From: Eledone cirrhosa
Taxonomy: Eukaryota
Length of the DNA stretch: 64,000 bases
Assembly (NCBI GenBank): GCA_964016885.1
Contig: OZ024741.1
Coordinates: forward strand, 200,322,001 to 200,386,000
Reading direction: 5' to 3'
The notes below the pieces were generated by a model. That model was not told the origin of the DNA, ran no database searches, and saw nothing but the letters and a program-made list of their open reading frames with translations. Numbering within the stretch: the first letter of the stretch is position 1; each line of letters begins with the position of its first letter. Below, in pieces: positions 40,660-54,000 of this stretch. Made by a program: the position numbers and the translations under genes.

Positions 40660-41738
40660 TTGGAGTGGTTGATCAGTTTGTCTTAATTGGAGCGTTTCCA
40701 TCAGATGTGTCTCAGACGGATCCATGGCGTTCACTGGAGGGACCACATCAGTGATGTCGAGATTTTGGAAAGCTCTATGTGTGACAGTATAGAAGCTCTT
40801 GTGCTTAAGCAACGACTCCGTTGGAGTGGTCACCTTGCCAGGATGAAGGATTCTAGAATACCAAAACAACTCTTTTATGGAGAGTTAGTTAAAGGAAAAC
40901 GACCGCCACATAAACCAAAAAAGAGGTATAAGGATTCCTTGAAAGCCTCTTTGAAAGACGCTAACATCTCTGCGGATACATGGGAAAATATTGCTGCTGA
41001 TCGTAATAAATGGAGAAAGACTGTATATGAGGGAAAAGTTGCCTTTGAGGCATCTCGAATCGCACACGAGAAAGTAAAGCGGGATGTGAGGAAGGGCATT
41101 GCTGTTGCACTTCCAGACGGCGAGGGTCCACCTATGGTGCTAACATGCAGCGTCTGTGCGAGACTCTGCCTAAGCAAAGCTGGAATCGAAAGTCATTTTC
41201 GCAGTCATAAAGTAAGACCAGTGGTTGACTACCAGGCTGCTGTTGGAGATGCTACTCATCATGCTTGCCAAACATGTGGTAGAGAATTTAAACCAGCAGG
41301 AGGGCTCAAGCGACATGCAAAAGTACATGAACTCCAACCACATCCGGCTATTCCCAGTGAATGTTTTGGTTGCCGACTCTGTGCAAGACATTTTAGATCA
41401 TTGGCTGGGCTAAAAAGCCACATTCGATCGCAGCGCTGTTAGTTGCTATCGCGTGTGTGTGTGTATAGATATGTCTATGTGTGTGCGTGTGTGTGTATAT
41501 ATATATGTATATTATTATTGTTGTTGTTGTCGTTATTATTATTGTTGTTATTATTATTGTTATTAATGTATATGTGTGTATGTATATATATATATGTGTG
41601 TATGTATGTGTGTATATATATATATATATATATTTCTTATTTAAAAATTTTATTTTATTTTTTATTTATTTATTAATTATTATTATTTTTTTTTCTCCTC
41701 GTGCAATGGCCATACTCGATAACGAGGGGGCAGCCATC
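40660..41738 (+). mobile_element. RTE-clade LINE 3' end with three C2H2 fingers and an (ATGT)n tail; putative partner of units A and B
   Basis: ORF 40687..41442 has RLRWSGHLARM..RIPKQLFYGEL..KKRYKD and fingers CSVC..H, CQTC..H and CRLC..H. The 3' end is GGCCATACTCGATAACGAGGGGGCAGCCATC(ATGT)n. Confidence 0.85.
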
Positions 41739-41756
41739 ATGTATGTATGTATATAT

Positions 41757-42375
41757 GTCAGGTCACCAGTTGGTTTGGTACTACTGGTAACATGTATCCC
41801 AGTACAACCTGTCTCATGGTCGGGTCGTTGGCGACTAAACTGGCAACCCCACCAAGGTTTCTTGGTGAGGAGGGTGACTTTGGACATCCTGCAGGACTAA
41901 AAGCAAAACCTGTCAAAGGGCAAAGGAACTCTTAAGAGTCAATGGACATCCAAAATCACCGGGAGAGATGACCCCTTAGCCTTTGTCAAGGCAGAATTCT
42001 AGGAGAAGGAAAACTCTGATATAACGCCTGCAACTCTGATAGTATCCAATGATGTTGACTTGTTCTTCTTTTTGGTAAATATCATCTTGGTTAAGAGAGT
42101 GGGACTGGCTTTGTGCAGTGCCTTTGCTCACTATAAAAGCTTCACGGCACAGGCATTGCTTTATATCTGGAGATCTCTCTGCACTTGTCGTCACATGGTA
42201 CAATGGGCCCAGCACTATGTGTCAATAATTGTCACAAGTGTAGTGTTTGTACCAGAGTTTTCAAGTCGCTGGCTGGACTAAAAAGTCACACTTGTTCAGC
42301 GCATCGCTAGGAGTTCTCCTACATGGATATAAAGTAGTGGCCGTACTCGAAAACGAGTTGGCAGCCACCACCACC
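41757..42375 (+). mobile_element. Unit A copy 3, directly after the LINE's ATGT tail
   Basis: Same 5' and 3' termini as the other copies. Confidence 0.85.
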
Positions 42376-42474
42376 ATGTATGTATGTATGTATGTATGTA
42401 TGTATGTATGTATGTATGTATGTATGTATGTATGTATGTATGTATGTATGTATGTATGTGTGTGTGTATGTTTT

Positions 42475-42780
42475 GTCAGGTCGCTCTTCAGCGCTACTGG
42501 TAACATGTAACTCAATACAACCTAAGCATGAGCGGGTCATCGGCGACTGAACCGGCAACCCCATTTCGGTTGCTTGGTGAAGAGGGTGATTTTGGACACC
42601 ATGCGGGATGAAAACCAAGACCCGTTAAAGAGCGGAGGAACTCAGCAGAGTCAACGGCTATCTAATACATTTTTTTTCTGTGGAGCCAGAGATTCGTAGT
42701 CTTCATTAAGACATCACTCTAGGAGAAGATCACTCTGATATAAAACCTGCGACTTCGTTTGTATACAATGATATAGATCA
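42475..42780 (+). mobile_element. Diverged, 3'-truncated unit A-like copy (related inverted fragment at 35498-35585)
   Basis: GTCAGGTCGCT..CTACTGGTAACATG..GGCAACCCC..CTAGGAGAAG. Confidence 0.7.
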
Positions 42781-43102
42781 GTTCTAGTTTTTATTTTCTA
42801 CTTTTCATTCTTATTTGTTTATTTCACTGCTTCTATTTTTAGTCGCTTTTTAATGTAATAACACCAAACATCATACTTTTTTTCCTTGCTTTTTTGCTTT
42901 ATGAGTCTGAGCTGTATTATAATGTCTCCTTTTTCTTGTTTGTTTTCGAATAATTACAATTATCTATGCTCCTGGCGATATACAGCGTACCGGTCCCCAG
43001 TAAGTCTATGCGTCAAAGCATAGTGTCCGAAACATACAGACACATAAATATGTGTGTGTGTGCGTATATATATGTATGTATGTGTGTATATATATGTATG
43101 TA

Positions 43103-43179
<77 letters not shown>

Positions 43180-43241
43180 TTGTGTATTTATTCATATATA
43201 TATATATATATATAGTAATAATAATAAATTTGAAGAAACAA

Positions 43242-43560
43242 AATGGCGTAGGATAGAAGAAAGGAAAGGCACAGAAACAAATAAAGGAATCTCCAGTCAC
43301 TGAAGAGGTCACAGAGTGTGTGACGAAAGGACTATGACTATATATAAACAACTATCTGGTTGTGGAACCAACCAACCAACCAGAAATTTATAAGTTGTAA
43401 ATTTGTAAATTTATAAATTTATAAATATATAATAAATTGAAGTGAAAGCAACTGGTGCGTGTGTTTCTTATTGGCAACATGACCCTCCCAAAGTATAACA
43501 ATATCGGTTTCAACACACGATTTCAGATAAAGAATCTTGCTAAACAAATTCAGAAACGAA
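43242..43560 (+). mobile_element. Penelope pseudo-LTR copy containing a hammerhead motif (43295-43339)
   Basis: Reverse complement of 61665-61973. Motif AGTCA-CTGAAGA-G-GTCAC..GTGAC-GAAAGGACTA-TGACT. Confidence 0.7.
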
Positions 43561-43576
43561 ATATATATATATACAT

Positions 43577-43731
43577 ATAGGAAAAAGTATGACCCCGACA
43601 GCAGAGCTCAAGTCGTTTCTGAGGCTATTATATATATACACACACAAACATATATATAAAAATACACATATACACACACATATCTACAAAAAGTTACGTC
43701 ACCACCTTAATAAAAATACACACACACATAT

Positions 43732-43794
<63 letters not shown>

Positions 43795-43891
43795 ATTACA
43801 ACAGATACATATAAAAAATACAATTATATACACACATACATATACATACAGATATATATAATTATATATACATATACATATACATATACAT

Positions 43892-43924
<33 letters not shown>

Positions 43925-45440
43925 CATATATACACATATACATATATACACATATACACAACACACACACACACAGAAATAAATATCTAAAAATAAAAAG
44001 GTGGGTATGTAAAGGGTAAGGTAGAAAGTAGGGGGGAATAAGGAAAATAAATGACAGGAAAAAGTTTAAATATAAGGGGAGATAAGGGAGAAAAAGAATA
44101 TAAGAGTACAGAAAGTGAGTTCAGAAAATAATAAAAATCGTAGTGGATGTAAGGAGTAGAGAGCAGAGAAGAAGTTCAAGGTGGTTGAGTCAATCCAGTT
44201 ACAGATCAGATGTGATTTCAGGTGAGGACAACATCTGAAGATCTCGTCTTGGAGTTCAGGCAAGTTGAAGTGGCTTTCAAGTTTTGTAAAGTCCTAAATT
44301 TTTCAGTGGTACACAAAGAACAATTCTTTGTGCCCCTTTGGTACTCCCTCGAATGGTCTAAAATAGACCAATCGATAGAGTACGGGATGTTTTTATCCTT
44401 GAATTCCCACACCTTATTTGCGAGAGCCGTTGCTGTTCTTTTATCGGAGTGTTTAAAAGAAGCGACATGTGCATAAAACCTGGTTTTAAACCTGTCCTGA
44501 GTCTTGCCAACATATCGTTCATTCATGGCTGGCTGGTTGTTAATTAAAGGTGTCACTTTGGCTTCATATACACCAGATTTGGTGTTACATTTGCCCTGTA
44601 ATGGGCATTCATCCGGCTTCTTGCAACTGCATCCTGGATTTATTCTCGTACGATTAGAATTGGTGATTTTAGACTTCATTGATGGGCAGCAAGAGTAACT
44701 GATTTTAACTACATTTCTATTAAATATCTTATGATATCTATGATTAGGAGGAAAATGTTTGTCTAAGAGGTCAAGGAATTTCCTTCATACATTAGTTTTG
44801 AGAGTTAGAGAGAAGGGGGGTGTAAACCAAATAATTTTCCTTTTCCTATTATTGTGGTTAGTTTTAGGGGGAGGAGTAGGTAAATAATTAATGTGTTCTG
44901 TAAATCCGCTGTTATTAAGGGCTTTATTATAATAAGGGGTGGCTTTGTTAAAAATGTCTAGAGACGAAGATAAGGTAGAAATCCTACGGCTAATGTTGGG
45001 AATAAGATTTTTAAAAACTATAGGGGTATGGCAAGACTCTTTGTGTATATATCTAAGATTTTAGTTAGGTTTATGATAAGGTTTAAAAGAGGCAGTAAGT
45101 AGATCAAGATTAATGTCAAGAAAGTTAGCATTGGTAAGGTTCGTATCTATAGTAATTTTAAGGTTAAGATTAGCAAAAGTATTGATTAAATCTTTACGGA
45201 ATTTATCAAGGTTATGGCCGTTGGTGGTATGAGTAACTGCCAATCCGTCATATATGCTTTTAGAAGCCTCTACAATGCAGATGGATAAATCTCCGAGTAA
45301 CAAAATCAGGTGGCAGTAGGAAGGGAGGAAATAGGAAAAAGAAATGTAAAATGAAATGAAAACCAGAGATGAAGTTACCTTGGAATCGATTTATTAGTCC
45401 CTATATTTGGGATCTCTGATCAATCATCAGGGATTTCCAA
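43577..45440 (-). mobile_element. Penelope-like element fragment (RT thumb + GIY-YIG endonuclease + 3' region)
   Basis: Motifs NFLDINLDL..FKPYHKPN and CSCK..CPLQGKC..GVYEAKV..YVGKT..FKTRFYAH..CSLCTTEK. A degenerate hammerhead lies at 45398-45433. Confidence 0.85.
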
Positions 45441-45722
45441 GATTTGTCGTAGATGAATCTACGTGGTCATATGTATGCGTGACTGTGAGTGTGTGTGTGT
45501 GTCTGCAGCGAAAATGTCCGTGGAAAGGAAAAATGAAAAGAGAACTCTAGTGAAAAAGAGTTCATTCATTATGATTCGTACTCGTAGTATATATTGCGCT
45601 TCCTTAGGTGTCATAGAATAGGCGTCACGGCAACTGCAGACTACACGACGATGCAGAATGCATGAAATATCAGTACAACACGTAGACCTAATTCACCAGT
45701 TGCAGGCGTTGGCATTGTCAAA

Positions 45723-46098
45723 TACTCTCGGGCCCCAAATAATGAGGGGGCGGTTGGTATAAGCGGGGATGGGGTGGTGGTGGAAAATCGGAAATGTTTC
45801 TAGATTATCTCCGTTGATTAAAAACAAAAAGAATTAGTCGTTTAGTTTACATATTGAGACCCCAACCCATCCTATTTATTTTATAACATATGGGATTTCT
45901 AGTAATGTACTTCTTTTGTTATGTATAATGTTTTTTAATGTATAAAGAAAATTAATTGTCGTAGAAATGCTATCAATTAAAATAACATTTCGTCGAAGAT
46001 GGATTAGCATAATATAATAAGAGGGCGGTGGGAACGAACTGAAAAATTATCAAGCGGGGTGGGCGTGGGGTATGATGATTATTCGAAAACCGAGAGTA
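45723..46098. mobile_element. Putative Tc1/pogo-type MITE
   Basis: Terminal inverted TACTCTCGG / CCGAGAGTA. Confidence 0.45.
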
Positions 46099-46099
46099 G

Positions 46100-48370
46100 A
46101 CACTGTGATATTGGTACTGTCGTACGAAAACCACTGTGATATTGGTACTGTGATATTGGTAGTCATATAGACACTGTGACATTGGTATTGTGATATTGGT
46201 ACTGTTATATAGACACTGTGACATTGGTACTGTGATATTGGTACTGTGATATAGACACTGTGACATTGGTACTGTGATATTAGTACTATCATATAGACAC
46301 TGTGATATTGGTACTGTGATATTGGTACTGTGACATTGGTACTGTGATATTGGTACTGTGATATAGACACTGTGACATTGGTACTGTGATATAGACACTG
46401 TGACATTGGTACTGTGATATTGGTACTGTCATATAGACACTGTGATATTGGTACTGTCATATAGACACTGTGACATTGGTACTGTGATATTGGTACTGTG
46501 ATATAGACACTGTGACATTGGTACTGTGATATTGGTACTGTGATATAGACACTGTGACATTGGTACTGTGATATTGGTACTGTGATATAGACACTGTGAC
46601 ATTGGTACTGTCATATAGACACTGTGATTTCGGTACTGCCATATAGTCACTGTTATATTGGTACTGTGATATTGGTACTGTCATATGGACACTGTGACAT
46701 TGGTACTGTGATATTGGTACTGTCATATAGACACTGTGATATCGGTACTGTGATATTGGTACTGTCATATAGACACTGTGATATTGGTACTGTCATATAG
46801 TCACTGTGATATTGGTACTGTCATATAGTCACTGCGATATTGGTACTGTCATATAGACACTGTGATATTAGTACTGTTATATATTCAATCTAGTACTGAC
46901 AAACACTGTGATATTGGTACTTTCGTATAGACACTGTGATATTGGTACTGTCATATAGACACTGTGGTATTGGTACTGTGATATTGGTACTGTCATATAG
47001 ACACTGTGATATTGGTACTGTCATATAGACACTGTGATATTGGTACTGTCATATAGACACTGTGGTATTGGTACTGTGGTATTGGTACAGTCATATAGAC
47101 ATTGTGATATTGGTACTGTCATATAGACACTGTGATATTGGTACTGTGATATTGGTATAGTGATATTGGTACTGTCATATAGAAATTGTAGTGTTGGCAC
47201 TGTGATATTGGTACTGTCATATAGACACAGTGACATTGGTACTGTGATATTGGTACTGTCATATAGACACTGTGATATTGGTACTGTCATATAGACACTA
47301 TGATATTGGTACTGTGATATAGACACAGTGACATTGGTACTGTGATATTGGTACTGTCATATAGACACTGTGATATTGGTACTGTCATATAGACACTGTG
47401 ATATTGGAATTGTTATATAGACACCGTGATATCAGTACTGTCATATAGAAACTGGGATATTGGTACTGTCATACAGACACTGTGGTATTGGTACTGTCGT
47501 ATAGTCACTGTGATATTGGTACTGTCATATAGACACTGTGATATCGGTACTGTCATATCGACACTGTGGTATTGGTACTGTGATATTGGTACTGTCATAT
47601 CGACACTGTGGTATTGGTACTGTGGTATTGGTACTGTCGTATAGACACTGATATTGGTATTGTGATATTGGTACTGTCATGTAGTCACTGTGCTATTAGT
47701 ACTGTCATATAGTTTCTGTGATATTAGTACTGTTATATATTCACTGTGGTGTTGGTACTGCGATATTGGTACTGTCATATAGACACTGTGATATTGGAAC
47801 TGTGATATTGGTACTGTCATATAGTCATTGTGACATTCGTACTGTCATGTAGTCACTGTGATATTGGTACTGTGGTATTGGTACTGTCATATAGACACTG
47901 TGATATTGGTACTGTCATATAGACACTGCGATATTGGTACTGTCATATAGACATTGGGATATTGGTACTGTCGTATAGTCATTGTGATATTGGTACTGTC
48001 ATATAGACACTATGATATTGGTACTGTGATATTGGTACTGTCATATAGTCACTGTGATATTGGTACTGTTATATAGTCACTGTGATATCGGTACTGTCAT
48101 ATAGACATTGGCATATCGGTACTGTCGTATAGACACTGATATTGGTATACTGATATTGGTAGTGTCATATAGACACTGTGATATTGGTACTGTGCTATTG
48201 GTACTGTCATATAGACCCTGTGATATTGGTACTGTGGTATTGGTACTGTCATATAGACACTGTGATATTGGTACTGTCATATAGATACTGTGATATTGCT
48301 ACTGTCATATAGACACTGTGATATTGGTACTGTCGTATAGTCAACCTAGTATTGATAAACACTGTGATAT
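46100..48370. repeat. Complex minisatellite built from two related 14-mers
   Basis: ACTGTGATATTGGT and ACTGTCATATAGAC are interspersed in irregular order, with variants. Confidence 0.95.
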
Positions 48371-48788
48371 TGGTATTAATAGAAAGATACTGTGGCATTG
48401 ACACCAATATATTAAAATATAATGATATAAAAGTACTTGGAATGGACCTCCGTAAGGATGTAAGGCAAAGTTAACTTCGACGGGATTTGAACTCAGCCCG
48501 TAAAGGGACGTAACTATGCTAGAAAGTATGGCGTCCAACTCTCTACCGATACTGCCAATTCACATATTGGGTCTAAATGTTTCCCTCCTTCGCAGTTGGT
48601 CCTGGAAACTGATAACTAATCTTTGATCTTGATCAGGCGAACGACAGCAGCCTAAGACCAATTCATATGCAAGAGGTTAACACTTCTTCTATATGTAGAT
48701 ATGTTCATATACGTATGTATGTATGTATGTATGTATGTATGTATGTATGTATGTATGTATGTATGTATGTATGTATGTATGTGTGTGT

Positions 48789-49395
48789 GTCAGGTCACCA
48801 GTTGGTGCTACTGGTAACATGTATCCCAGTACAACCTGTCTCATGGTCGGGTCGTTGGCGACTAAACTGGCAACCCCACCAAGGTTTCTTGGTGAGGAGG
48901 GTGACTTTGGACATCCTACAGGACTAAAAACAAAACCTGTCAAAAGGGCAAAGGAGCTCTTAAGAGTCAATGGCCATCTAAAATCACCGGGAGAGATGAC
49001 CCCTTAGCCTTTGTCAAGGCAGAATTCTAGGAGAAGGAAAACTCTGATATAACACCTGCAACCCTGATAGTATCCAATGATGTTGACTTGTTCTTCTTTT
49101 TGGTAAATATCATCTTGGTTAAGAGAGTGGGACTGGCTTTGTGCATTGCCTTTGCTCACTATAAAAGCTTCACGGCACAGGCATTGCTTTATATCTGGAG
49201 ATCTCTCTGCACTTGTCATCACGTGGTACCATGGGCCCAACACTATGTGTCAATAATTGTCACAAGTGTAGTGATTGTGCCAGTTTTCAAGTCGCTGGCT
49301 GGACTAAAAAGTCACACTCGTTCAGCGCATCGGTAGGGGTTCTCCTACATGGATATAAAGTAGTGGCCGTACTCGAAAACGAGTTGGCAGCCACC
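48789..49395 (+). mobile_element. Unit A copy 4 between (TATG)n tracts
   Basis: Same termini as the other copies; followed by a partial diverged copy at 49450-49545. Confidence 0.85.
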
Positions 49396-49629
49396 ATGTA
49401 TGTATGTATGTATGTATGTATGTATGTATGTATGTATGTATGTATACTCACTTGGTGAGGAGGGTGATTTTGGATACCCTGCAGGACAAAGAACAAAACC
49501 TGACAAAGGGCGGAAGAACTCATAAGAGTCAACGGCCATCCAAAAATGTGTATATATGTATATACATGTATGCATATACATATAAGTATGTATATATGTA
49601 TCTGCATGTATACATATATATATATATAT

Positions 49630-49981
49630 GCGCGGGGATATAGAAATAATCGGGTTGGATACCCAATTGCGCGGTTAAACCACTGGGAGTGAAGGACTCC
49701 TAGCCTTTGTCAGGGCATTCTTCTAGGAGAAGGCAATTCAGGAAACTGGGATAACTCCGATATAAAACATGCGACTCAATAGTTACCGATGATGTTGATC
49801 TTTTCTTCTTTTCGGGTTATAGCTACTGTCGCTCAGAGAGTGGGATTGGCTCAGTGCACAGTCTTTCTTCACTTAAAAAAAAAATCTCCACGTACAGGCA
49901 TTGCACGATGGCATTAATTGATAATTATTAACAATGTTATATCGTGCACTGGCCATACTCGATAAGTAGGGGGCAGCCATC
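49630..49981 (+). mobile_element. Unit B with the LINE-type 3' tail
   Basis: Ends CGTGCACTGGCCATACTCGATAAGTAGGGGGCAGCCATC(ATGC/ATGT)n, matching the LINE end at 41700-41738. Confidence 0.75.
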
Positions 49982-51061
49982 ATGCATGCATGCATGTATG
50001 TATGTATATATGTATGTATTGACATGTAACTTCAGATAGAGAAGAAGAGAGAGGATGAAAGAAAGTAAGTGAGAAAGAGATATCGAGGAAGAATCGACTT
50101 CAGTACTGGACTGATGCTTTAATAATCAACTTTGAAACGATGAAAGGTAAAGTTGACCTCGGCGGGATTTGAACTCAGCCGGAATAAATAGCAGCACAAA
50201 GCATTCTATTAGACATTCTAACTCCTCTGGCAATTAACCGCCTGGTACTAACATATAACCACTGTGATGATGTTATGATATTAGTTCTAGTATGTAGAGA
50301 CTGTGATAGAGGCACTGATATAGACACTAATATAGACACTAATATTGACAACATATTAATATAATGATATTCACACTAACATATATTAACACTAACATAT
50401 TAATACGATTATAGTAACACCAACTCTGTAATATTCACACTAACACTGTAATATTGACATTAACATGCGATAATATCAATACTAACATTGTAATATCAAC
50501 ACTAGCTCATTAAAACGATGATTTTACACTAATTTATTAATATTAATACTAACAGGTTAATACAATGATATTAATGTGATGTTAGCAGTAACATATATAC
50601 ACGGTGTTATTGGCACTAACATATACACACCATGGTGTTGACACTCACATATAAACCTATATAACGACCATCTTTGCTTCAGTCAAACATGGGAAATCTC
50701 TTGGCAGCCAGAAAATCCAGTCTTTTTGAACTAGTTTGAAAACTTCAGAGTTTTGACTGAACAGAAAATGACAGTATGTTGGTAGGGAAATGCAACAACT
50801 ACAGCGAATAGTCAGCCATATCAACGGAGACATAACGGTATTCTGCTACAGACGAACGTGACTAATCACTATTTAATTCTTCTTTTAGGGCAATGGTTTC
50901 CTTTGTAATGTATTTTTAGTTTTGTTTTATAGAAATCATTATGTTTATTTGCTTTGTCGTTCTTTTGATATAACAGGAAAAAGCCAGACAGGAGATTTGC
51001 TGTAGAAAATTTTAGGACGGATTTATTTGAATTGCCCTCTAGTTAAGTTGTTGTTTATTTG

Positions 51062-54000
51062 TTAGGGGAGGGCGTTGCTTTCTGGGACTAAAACTGGTTT
51101 ATCCTCATAGTTTACAGTGAAAGTATTCTGATCTGGAACTTTGTTAGAGATCACAGATCTGATGGCAGCAAGTAGATCAGTTACTTGAGCATTTGATGAA
51201 AATGGTATTCGTTTAAAGGACGATGGGTTGGGGTTAGTGACAAAAGTGTTGCCTGTATGCTAAATACAAAGAAATCTTTTGAAATGCATTAAAAAGTGGT
51301 TTGCTATATAGATAAGTTAATATGTATTTTAAAAAAAACTTAGAATTTTGTTGTACTATAATAAATTAATCAAAACATACCAGATCTAAAAAATGCTAAG
51401 ATTTCGTGGAGTGTAGAAACTATTAAGGTTTTATTGAAAAATACACTGTGTTGGAATGCGGCTTGTCGAATCAATGAAATTCGGATTATCCCCTTTCTGC
51501 ATATAAGTTTCATGTGTGGATACATCTTACTGCAATCATAATTGGGAACACTATATAATTAACAAATCTGAGCTGAATCATTTAACATTTAAAAAATTTT
51601 TTTTACTGTGCTTAGAATAAACAACGAGAATCTACCCAGAACATTCTGAAGCCAGCAGGGTCACCAAAGTTCAAAATATTCTTCTTTTTTCCAACTTTAC
51701 TTCTATAAAGAATAACCTCTCACATATTTGTTCGACGTTTATTATAGACGATTATTGTGGGTGTATTGCTCGTCCTGCGACTGCAATCGAGAGTAGAAAG
51801 ACTGCTATCATGCGACTGCAATCGAGAGTAGAAAGACTGCTATCATGCGACTGCAATCGAGAGTAGAAAGACTGCTATCATGCGACTGCAATCGAGAGTA
51901 GAAAGACTGCTGTCATGCGACTGCAATCGAGAGTAGAAAGACTGCTGTCATGCGACTGCAATCGAGAGTAGAAAGACTGCTGTCATGCAACTGCAATCGA
52001 GAGTAGAAAGACTGCTATCATGCGACTGCAATCGAGAGTAGAAAGACTGCTATCATGCGACTGCAATCGAGAGTAGAAAGACTGCTATCATGCGACTGAA
52101 ATCGAGAGTAGAAAGACTGCTATCATGCGACTGCAATCGAGAGTAGAAAGACTGCTGTCATGCGAGTGCAATCGAGAGTAGAAAGACTGCTATCATGCGA
52201 CTGCAATCGAGAGTAGAAAGACTGCTATCATGCGACTGCAATCGAGAGTAGAAAGACTGCTGTCATGCGACTGCAATCGAGAGTAGAAAGACTGCTATCA
52301 TGCGACTGCAATCAAGAGTAGAAAGACTGCTATCATGCGACTGCAATCGAGAGTAGAAAGACTGCTGTCATGCGACTGCAATCGAGAGTAGAAAGACTGC
52401 TATCATGCGACTGCAATCGAGAGTAGAAAGACTGCTGTCATGCGACTGCAATCGAGAGTAGAAAGACTGCTATCATGCGACTGCAATCGAGAGTAGAAAG
52501 ACTGCTGTCATGCGACTGCAATCGAGAGTAGAAAGACTGCTATCATGCGACTGCAATCGAGAGTAGAAAGACTGCTATCATGCGACTGCAATCGAGAGTA
52601 GAAAGACTGCTGTCATGCGACTGCAATCGAGAGTAGAAAGACTGCTATCATGCGACTGCAATCGAGAGTAGAAAGACTGCTGTCATGCGACTGCAATCGA
52701 GAGTAGAAAGACTGCTATCATGCGACTGCAATCGAGAGTAGAAAGACTGCTGTCATGAGACTGCAATCGAGAGTAGAAAGACTGCTATCATGCGACTGCA
52801 ATCGAGAGTAGAAAGACTGCTATCATGTGACTGCAATCGAGAGTAGAAAGACTGCTGTCATGCGACTGCAATCGAGAGTAGAAAGACCGCTATCATGCGA
52901 CTGCAATCGAGAGTAGAAAGACTGCTATCATGCGACTGCAATCGAGAGTAGAAAGACTGCTGTCATGCGACTGCAATCGAGAGTAGAAAGACTGCTATCA
53001 TGCGACTGCAATCGAGAGTAGAAAGACTGCTGTCATGCGACTGCAATCGAAAGTAGAAAGACTGCTATCATGCAACTGCAATCGAGAGTAGAAAGACTGC
53101 TATCATGCGACTGCAATCGAGAGTAGAAAGACTGCTATCATGCGACTGCAATCGAGAGTAGAAAGACTGCTGTCATGCGACTGCAATCGAGAGTAGAAAG
53201 ACTGCTATCATGCGACTGCAATCGAGAGTTGAAAGACTGCTGTCATGCGACTGCAATCGAGAGTAGAAAGACTGCTGTCATGCGACTGCAATCGAAAGTA
53301 GAAAGACTGCTATCATGCGACTGCAATCGAGAGTAGAAAGACTGCTATCATGCGACTGCAATCGAGAGTAGAAAGACTGCTGTCATGCGACTGCAATCGA
53401 GAGTAGAAAGACTGCTATCCTGCGACTGCAATCGAGAGTAGAAAGACTGCTGTCATGCGACTGCAATCGAGAGTAGAAAGACTGCTATCATGCGACTGCA
53501 ATCGAGAGTAGAAAGACTGCTATCATGCGACTGCAATCGAGAGTAGAAAGACTGCTGTCATGCGACTGCAATCGAGAGTAGAAAGACTGCTATCATGCGA
53601 CTGCAATCGAGAGTAGAAAGACTGCTGTCATGCGACTGCAATCGAGAGTAGAAAGACTGCTATCATGCGACTGCAATCGAGAGTAGAAAGACTGCTGTCA
53701 TGCGACTGCAATCGAGAGTAGAAAGACTGCTATCATGCGACTGCAATCGAGAGTAGAAAGACTGCTATCATGCGACTGCAATCGAGAGTAGAAAGACTGC
53801 TGTCATGCGACTGCAATCGAGAGTAGAAAGACTGCTATCATGCGACTGCAATCGAGAGTAGAAAGACTGCTATCATGCGACTGCAATCGAGAGTAGAAAG
53901 ACTGCTGTCATGCGACTGCAATCGAGAGTAGAAAGACTGCTGTCATGCGACTGCAATCGAGAGTAGAAAGACTGCTATCATGCGACTGCAATCGAGAGTA

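Noticed and set aside
45973-48280. Repetitive ORFs (TVPISQCLYDS..) as a structural protein
   Set aside because: The 14-bp period is not a multiple of 3, and the frames are short and present on both strands.
38938-49243. Four paralogous 79-aa ORFs (MLGPW..LEFCLDKG) as a small gene family
   Set aside because: They are antisense frames of repeated unit A. Conservation follows from DNA similarity and there is no protein-like signature.
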